Source: an uncultured virus (IMG/VR IMGVR_UViG_3300020183_000051) (lineage: Duplodnaviria > Heunggongvirae > Uroviricota > Caudoviricetes). From it: a DNA stretch of 20,000 bases. Each line of letters opens with the position of its first letter. Positions within the stretch are counted from its first letter, which is position 1. Below are positions 15,972 to 20,000 of this stretch, piece by piece. The stretch lies in the IMG/VR virus record IMGVR_UViG_3300020183_000051. One strand, given 5' to 3'. The notes under the pieces are model-generated. The model had not been told where the DNA came from. It saw nothing but the letters and a program-made list of their open reading frames with translations, and did no database searches. The position numbers were made by a program, and so were the translations under genes.

Positions 15972-16266
15972 GAATGAAACTGACGTTACGAGACTGATAG
16001 GCGTCACCGTAAGGAAGGTGGACGAGGAAGGATTGGGACGTTTTGACTTCCTTGGGAACATCCGCCACCATGTAAAGCGCATATCCATCACCGACGCCTT
16101 CACGATAGATTTTGCCGGTCATTTTGCCGGTGAAACCTTGTTTCAACAGATGTTCCTTGAGTTTATCAGTGTGGTTCTGTTCACGGGCCTGCTCCTTCTT
16201 GGAGTCCCAGTTCTTGTAATCAGGCTCTGGTGCGGGGAGGTCTTTGGGTAGGGAATAGACTTTCAT
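15895..16266 (-). CDS. Hypothetical early protein
   Basis: 123 aa (GVGDGYALYMV...LVHLPYGDAYQ), starting 6 nt after the upstream small gene. Confidence 0.8.
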   Translation of the reverse strand: MKVYSLPKDLPAPEPDYKNWDSKKEQAREQNHTDKLKEHLLKQGFTGKMTGKIYREGVGDGYALYMVADVPKEVKTSQSFLVHLPYGDAYQSRNVSFIPKTEIFRRIKTKENFKKIFNSTPRA

Positions 16267-16272
16267 AATGTA

Positions 16273-16443
16273 TCAGGGGATATACCAAACCGGCTCGCCG
16301 TGGTCGGGGTTGTAGTCGAGGGTGCGGCTGTCGTCAATCACGCCCTTTTCTTCGAGGGCCTTGATCCACCGTTTGATTCGTTCCGGGTCAACACCTTCGG
16401 AGAAGTAAATCAACGAGGCGTATTTTGTTCGTTCATCTTTCAT
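16273..16443 (-). CDS. Small hypothetical early protein (56 aa, not in ORF track)
   Basis: Hand-translated MKDERTKYASLIYFSEGVDPERIKRWIKALEEKGVIDDSRTLDYNPDHGEPVWYIP*. The ATG sits at the canonical position of the promoter cassette. Confidence 0.8.
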   Translation of the reverse strand: MKDERTKYASLIYFSEGVDPERIKRWIKALEEKGVIDDSRTLDYNPDHGEPVWYIP

Positions 16444-16480
16444 TGTGCAAACAGTTTATCTACTTTTTATAAACTGTCAA
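16444..16480 (-). promoter_or_regulatory. Early promoter cassette
   Basis: TTGACA-N16-TAAACT-GTTTGCACA-ATG, one mismatch to the 15862 copy. Confidence 0.85.
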
Positions 16481-16492
16481 GCCTCTTGTTTG

Positions 16493-16738
16493 TTAGATGG
16501 TTCCGATGTTGTAAAAGTCGATGTATTTACCCTTTGGAGATTCGTCGACGAATTCTTCGGAAGAAGAATTATTTTTCTCCAAACCAATTTCGACACGAAT
16601 TGCTTGGAGAAAGTTCATCTTTTCCTCATAGGTCATAACAGGCACTTCGACGGTGGTATTCGTGGTTTGGTCAACGGTTTGGTCAACGGTGGTATTCATG
16701 GTTTGGTCAACGGTTTGATTAGTAGTTTCAATATTCAT
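16493..16738 (-). CDS. Hypothetical early protein with N-terminal TVDQ/TTNT repeats
   Basis: 81 aa with 12-bp-unit repeats at about 16645-16725 and a promoter cassette upstream. Confidence 0.7.
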   Translation of the reverse strand: MNIETTNQTVDQTMNTTVDQTVDQTTNTTVEVPVMTYEEKMNFLQAIRVEIGLEKNNSSSEEFVDESPKGKYIDFYNIGTI

Positions 16739-16775
16739 TGTGGAAACAGTATAGAGGGTTTTTCTAAAGAGTCAA
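16739..16775 (-). promoter_or_regulatory. Early promoter cassette
   Basis: TTGACT-N16-TATACT-GTTTCCACA-ATG. Confidence 0.85.
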
Positions 16776-16835
16776 GTCCTTTTATTATTATTATTGCGAA
16801 AGTTGTAAACCACTTTAACGTAACGATTTACGTTA

Positions 16836-17009
16836 TCACTGATCATTTCTTGAGTTAAAAACGTAATCAAAAACCTCGTCGGTATCTTCAATTTCAAGAG
16901 TTTTTATTGCAAGTTTGTAAAGATCATCTTGTTGGCTTTGCAACTCTTGAATTTTAAATTTTACGCTATCGAGATATTTTTTATTTTCTTTTGATAGATT
17001 TTCAGTCAT
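16836..17009 (-). CDS. Small hypothetical protein (57 aa, start re-called to ATG at 17009)
   Basis: MTENLSKENKKYLDSVKFKIQELQSQQDDLY...FDYVFN. This ATG lies 1 nt after the upstream stop and avoids the 101-nt overlap of the track ORF. Confidence 0.65.
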   Translation of the reverse strand: MTENLSKENKKYLDSVKFKIQELQSQQDDLYKLAIKTLEIEDTDEVFDYVFNSRNDQ

Positions 17010-17010
17010 A

Positions 17011-17613
17011 TTACTCCCAAAGATTTTCGTAGTGTTTTCCAAATAATTCAAATCCTTCTTGAAGTCGTCTTTGATGGGCTTCAATTGGGGACCAGTCAAT
17101 TTTTCTATCATCTGCTAGTCTAAATGCAGTTCCTTTTTCTGAAATGTCAACTACAATGTGACGACTATCATAATTCTCAGGATAAATTGGGTCAACATCA
17201 TCATTTATATGTTCAAACGACCAAATGATTTTGTCCAATATCTCATTCCATTTTAGTGCGCCGAATTCTTGCGTTTTAGAGTCGTCTTTGCTAACATCTT
17301 TGTAAAAGGAAAAATATCTTTGATTTGAAAAATACCTTGAAGTCTCATCTGAATTGGATAGACGGCTTGGATAACTCAATGTATCTTCTCTTAATTTTTT
17401 TAATCTTGGCAAAACCCATTTGGCGCAATGACTTCTAAAATCCCAACTTTCTTCGAGCGGAAAGCCATAACGTATTCTTTGGTATTGTTTCTTGCACCAA
17501 TAACTAAAATCTTCCCATAACCATTTGGGTTTTAGATAGCAAAACTCCCACCATTTTGGTGAGCTAATTCCAAAACATTCTACTTTATCTCCGATTTTGA
17601 GTTGTCTCATCAT
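17011..17613 (-). CDS. Hypothetical phage protein
   Basis: 200 aa (QRIRYGF...WD....AKWVLPRLKKLR...YP...WNEILDKIIWSFE...LQEGFELFGKHYENLW), a pattern I recognise from large phages. Confidence 0.85.
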   Translation of the reverse strand: MMRQLKIGDKVECFGISSPKWWEFCYLKPKWLWEDFSYWCKKQYQRIRYGFPLEESWDFRSHCAKWVLPRLKKLREDTLSYPSRLSNSDETSRYFSNQRYFSFYKDVSKDDSKTQEFGALKWNEILDKIIWSFEHINDDVDPIYPENYDSRHIVVDISEKGTAFRLADDRKIDWSPIEAHQRRLQEGFELFGKHYENLWE

Positions 17614-17654
17614 AAATTGTAGAGATAGAATATCAAGATTCTAAAATAAGTCAA
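17614..17654 (-). promoter_or_regulatory. Early promoter cassette (4-nt longer leader)
   Basis: TTGACT-N16-TATTCT-ATCTCTACA-ATTT-ATG. Confidence 0.8.
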
Positions 17655-17696
17655 ACCTCAATTTTATTAATTTCAAAAGAGGGGATTTGATTTTCT

Positions 17697-18044
17697 TTAA
17701 TTTTCAAACACTTCCGTTCCACCGTCAGAGGAAAGTTGAATTTGAGGGTGAACTTCACGAGCAATTTTCAACGTCTTGACTACCGCAGCGTCGTAGGGAA
17801 GTCGACGAGTCTTGCAAAACTCGAAGTCTATAGCCTTTTTGTGGAACACTAACGATTCACACGCACCATCTTTCTCGGTGCCGTTGAAAAAGATTTTGTT
17901 ACGGTCAACAATCGGAACACCGTGAGAATCAGGTCCGGCGATGTCGTAGAAGGGGAGAACTTCTTTGTTGAACCGTTCCACCATCGTATTCCATTCAGCG
18001 TCGGTGAACGAAACTTTGTTTCTCCAGTAATGTGTATAACCCAT
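17697..18044 (-). CDS. Hypothetical phage protein (MGYTHYW...FCKT..PYD..SSDG type)
   Basis: 115 aa with a motif pattern I recognise from large phages. Function unknown. Confidence 0.85.
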   Translation of the reverse strand: MGYTHYWRNKVSFTDAEWNTMVERFNKEVLPFYDIAGPDSHGVPIVDRNKIFFNGTEKDGACESLVFHKKAIDFEFCKTRRLPYDAAVVKTLKIAREVHPQIQLSSDGGTEVFEN

Positions 18045-18054
18045 AAGTATAACT

Positions 18055-18369
18055 TTAATTTTTCAGAAGAACCAACACCTTTGCGTCCTGTTTCTTGATT
18101 GAACCGCGACGAGAACTCCGTTGACTTTTCTTGGTGGTAGCGTCATACGTTCGACCATCCGTGGGACAACGGTAGAGACGATACACGCTCCAACCAAACT
18201 GTTCTTTGACAAACTTAGTCAGTTCCTTCGCAAGTTTCTGACCTTCAGAGTCATTCCGAAAGAATCCGATGGTGGAAACGATTGAACACTTTCGTTTGAG
18301 AAGTTGAGTGAGGGAACCGTCACCGTGGTCTTGATACACGGCGTTTCTTGATTCATGATAGATATTCAT
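18055..18369 (-). CDS. Hypothetical basic early protein
   Basis: 104 aa with a promoter cassette upstream. Confidence 0.75.
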   Translation of the reverse strand: MNIYHESRNAVYQDHGDGSLTQLLKRKCSIVSTIGFFRNDSEGQKLAKELTKFVKEQFGWSVYRLYRCPTDGRTYDATTKKSQRSSRRGSIKKQDAKVLVLLKN

Positions 18370-18406
18370 TGTGTAAATAGAATATCAGGATTTTGAAATA
18401 AGTCAA
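18370..18406 (-). promoter_or_regulatory. Early promoter cassette
   Basis: TTGACT-N16-TATTCT-ATTTACACA-ATG. Confidence 0.85.
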
Positions 18407-18431
18407 GCCCCAATTTCTTATTTGTTTTTGG

Positions 18432-18596
18432 TTAAACGTTCGATTTACAAAGAGATACCACCTTAGTTCCGTAGAAACTGAAGACTGTTGTTGCAACCCA
18501 ACGAGCCAGACGTTTGTTGATGGTGGAAATGATGACTATCTTGTTAGTCTCAAGCTCACGAACCTTCCAATTACGAACTTTAGGAATGTGTTTCAT
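18432..18596 (-). CDS. Small basic early protein (54 aa, not in ORF track)
   Basis: Hand-translated MKHIPKVRNWKVRELETNKIVIISTINKRLARWVATTVFSFYGTKVVSLCKSNV*. ATG at the canonical cassette position. Confidence 0.75.
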   Translation of the reverse strand: MKHIPKVRNWKVRELETNKIVIISTINKRLARWVATTVFSFYGTKVVSLCKSNV

Positions 18597-18633
18597 TGTT
18601 AGAATAGTATAGATAAATTTTAAAAAAAGTCAA
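18597..18633 (-). promoter_or_regulatory. Early promoter cassette
   Basis: TTGACT-N16-TATACT-ATTCTAACA-ATG. Confidence 0.85.
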
Positions 18634-18636
18634 GCC

Positions 18637-18942
18637 TCAAACTCCCATGAGACTTTCTCGTGTTTCGTAATCGGTCTTGTCATCGTCTTGCCAATGAAGA
18701 TCACGTTCAATGGTGAGTCCGAACGGACCACGAATAGACTCTATTTCTTCTCTATTTGAAAATGCACCAAATTCCACACAACCCATTCCAAGATCGCAAT
18801 ATCCAATTAAATTTCCGTCTTCTTCACCCGTCACCAACCACGTACAATTGGACCAGGGAGTGAACAGTTTGAAGATGGGACGACGATTTTCATATCCACA
18901 CTTAACGAGTTTTTCGTTGATTTCTTTAGTGAATAGTTTCAT
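18637..18942 (-). CDS. DUF2958-like protein
   Basis: KLFTPWSNCTWLVT...GYCDLGMGCVEFG...IERDLHW matches the DUF2958 pattern. Confidence 0.8.
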   Translation of the reverse strand: MKLFTKEINEKLVKCGYENRRPIFKLFTPWSNCTWLVTGEEDGNLIGYCDLGMGCVEFGAFSNREEIESIRGPFGLTIERDLHWQDDDKTDYETRESLMGV

Positions 18943-18979
18943 TGTTAGAATAGTATATATGAATTTTAAAAAAAGTCAA
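18943..18979 (-). promoter_or_regulatory. Early promoter cassette
   Basis: TTGACT-N16-TATACT-ATTCTAACA-ATG, near-identical to the 18597 copy. The upstream gene's TGA lies within TTGACT. Confidence 0.85.
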
Positions 18980-19299
18980 GCCGTTACCATCTTCTCCAAG
19001 ACGGCCGGATCGATCAACGACTTGATTTGCTGCCAGTAACGAGGCATCTTTCTGAACACTAACTTCATCTGTTTCTCAGAAAGCGAACCTCTTTTATTAA
19101 ATTGATCAGCAAAAGAAGACAAAATCTCAGCGTCACAACCACTGAAACCGACGCCGTTGGCCTCGATAGTGTGTTGGCACGACTGTTCGGCGAGAGTTTG
19201 ACGTTGGTGGATTCGAACGAGAGCTCGTGTGGCCCACGACTTATCAGTGGCCAACTTGTTCTTGAGGAAGTTCTTGATGGAGGCTTGAGTAACTTTCAT
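18976..19299 (-). CDS. Hypothetical phage protein
   Basis: 107 aa (RALVRIHQRQT..EQ....NGVGFSGCDAEILSSFA...LSEKQ...RYWQQI) with a promoter cassette upstream. Confidence 0.85.
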   Translation of the reverse strand: MKVTQASIKNFLKNKLATDKSWATRALVRIHQRQTLAEQSCQHTIEANGVGFSGCDAEILSSFADQFNKRGSLSEKQMKLVFRKMPRYWQQIKSLIDPAVLEKMVTA

Positions 19300-19336
19300 T
19301 GTGCAAACAGTATATTTTATATTTAAAAAAACACAA
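19300..19336 (-). promoter_or_regulatory. Early promoter cassette (variant -35)
   Basis: TTGTGT-N16-TATACT-GTTTGCACA-ATG. Confidence 0.75.
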
Positions 19337-19421
19337 GACTTATTTTACTTTATTTTCAGTAAAGTAATTTGCGCACCCCCTGGTCCCCTACTCTTGACGC
19401 CTTTCGGTCGGTCGCATCTCA

Positions 19422-19458
19422 ACTGTGACTAGTTTATCTACTTTTTATAAAATGTCAA
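19422..19458 (-). promoter_or_regulatory. Orphan early promoter cassette (no ATG at the canonical position)
   Basis: TTGACA-TTTTATAAAAAGTAGA-TAAACT is identical to the 15862 and 19633 copies but is followed by AGTCACAGTTGAG. Confidence 0.75.
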
Positions 19459-19521
19459 GCCGGCAACGGCTCACCATACACACGATGACGAAATTCCGCG
19501 AAGTCATCCACGCCCGACCCG

Positions 19522-19632
19522 TCACCAGAACATCACCACCACCACTATCAGTAAAACCATCACCATCAGCGCGAAGTCATCCTCATCTTGCGGGTCGAGC
19601 TTAGAGTTGTTGGGGTCGGTTGCGTTATTCAT
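19522..19632 (-). CDS. Small single-TM peptide (36 aa, not in ORF track)
   Basis: Hand-translated MNNATDPNNSKLDPQDEDDFALMVMVLLIVVVVMFW*. ATG at the canonical cassette position. Confidence 0.65.
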   Translation of the reverse strand: MNNATDPNNSKLDPQDEDDFALMVMVLLIVVVVMFW

Positions 19633-19742
19633 TGTGCAAACAGTTTATCTACTTTTTATAAAATGTCAAGCCCTTGATGTCGAATTAAAGATTTTCTTAA
19701 AGTTTTCCTTCGTCTTGATCTGACGAAAGATTTTCGTCTTGG
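19628..19742. repeat. 115-bp direct repeat, copy B (copy A at 15857-15971)
   Basis: See copy A. Confidence 0.95.
19633..19669 (-). promoter_or_regulatory. Early promoter cassette
   Basis: TTGACA-N16-TAAACT-GTTTGCACA-ATG, identical to the 15862 copy. Confidence 0.85.
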
Positions 19743-20000
19743 TAAGAAAAATCCTCGACAAGCTCTTCATATTCTGGCTCATGGCTTTTGTAACAGCGTT
19801 CAGTAAAACCATCTCGCGCAGAAAAATTCGCCACGCCGCCGAAAGCCATTCCCGGTTCAAAATACTTAAGGTCTATCGTGAGCGCAGGAAACTTCTCCAC
19901 CAAATTTTTTAAGGCTTCGATTGGTGGCCCCCAAGCGGTATCGAAATTCAAAGTCACAGAATCATCCGTATCAGAAAATTTCCAAGCATCTTGATTCCCA
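19697..20000 (-). CDS. YubB ferredoxin-like (DUF1281 C-terminal type) protein, 5' end outside the window
   Basis: Frame is open to the window edge (GNQDAWKFSDTDDSVTLNFDTAWGPP...FPALTIDLKYFEPGMAFGG). F.TAW.PP and Y.EPG..F.G are the family signature. Confidence 0.8.
   Translation of the reverse strand, partial: GNQDAWKFSDTDDSVTLNFDTAWGPPIEALKNLVEKFPALTIDLKYFEPGMAFGGVANFSARDGFTERCYKSHEPEYEELVEDFSYQDENLSSDQDEGKL

Noticed and set aside
16836..17111. 91-aa ORF start at 17111
   Set aside because: It would overlap the upstream gene by 101 nt. The ATG at 17009 directly follows the upstream stop.
721..19326. Remaining plus-strand and nested ORFs in the track (e.g. 721-1035, 7064-7435, 13258-13656, 15751-16251, 16300-16858, 18710-19039)
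   Set aside because: They are antisense or out-of-frame shadows of well-supported minus-strand genes, with no recognisable motifs and mostly non-ATG starts.
15298..19669. Recurrent 37-bp motif as CRISPR repeats or integron attC sites
   Set aside because: Spacing is irregular and gene-sized, the motif is not palindromic, it has -35/-10 architecture, and no integrase is in the window.
19666..19860. 64-aa minus-strand ORF as an independent gene
   Set aside because: It overlaps the YubB-like gene out of frame. Only its last 25 or so codons are meaningful, as the duplicated tail of the 123-aa gene.

Overview
This window is a fragment of a large, AT-rich myovirus-type (jumbo-like) phage genome, with every credible gene on the minus strand. 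The left part (1-14300) carries a baseplate cluster (gp6-like wedge, gp25-like wedge, a Pro-X-X repeat protein, gp5/Vgr-like hub-spike), a free-standing GIY-YIG endonuclease, a gp55-like sigma factor, Hsp20, an HD hydrolase, a tail-fibre-like protein, PhoH, a phage tmRNA and a beta-barrel outer-membrane protein. A gene-free region (about 13870-14700) shows a sharp C-rich to G-rich strand switch with dense G-tracts, suggesting an origin or genome end. The right part (14700-20000) is a higher-GC array of small early genes, nearly all with their own TTGAC-N16-TAnnCT-N9-ATG near-leaderless promoter and with signs of cassette shuffling. The main finding is a complete minimal HDV-like (theta-type) ribozyme fold whose predicted cleavage site falls exactly at the 3' discriminator base of the CCA-less tmRNA, i.e. 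a candidate self-processing tmRNA. All family assignments come from motif recognition by eye, not database searches.
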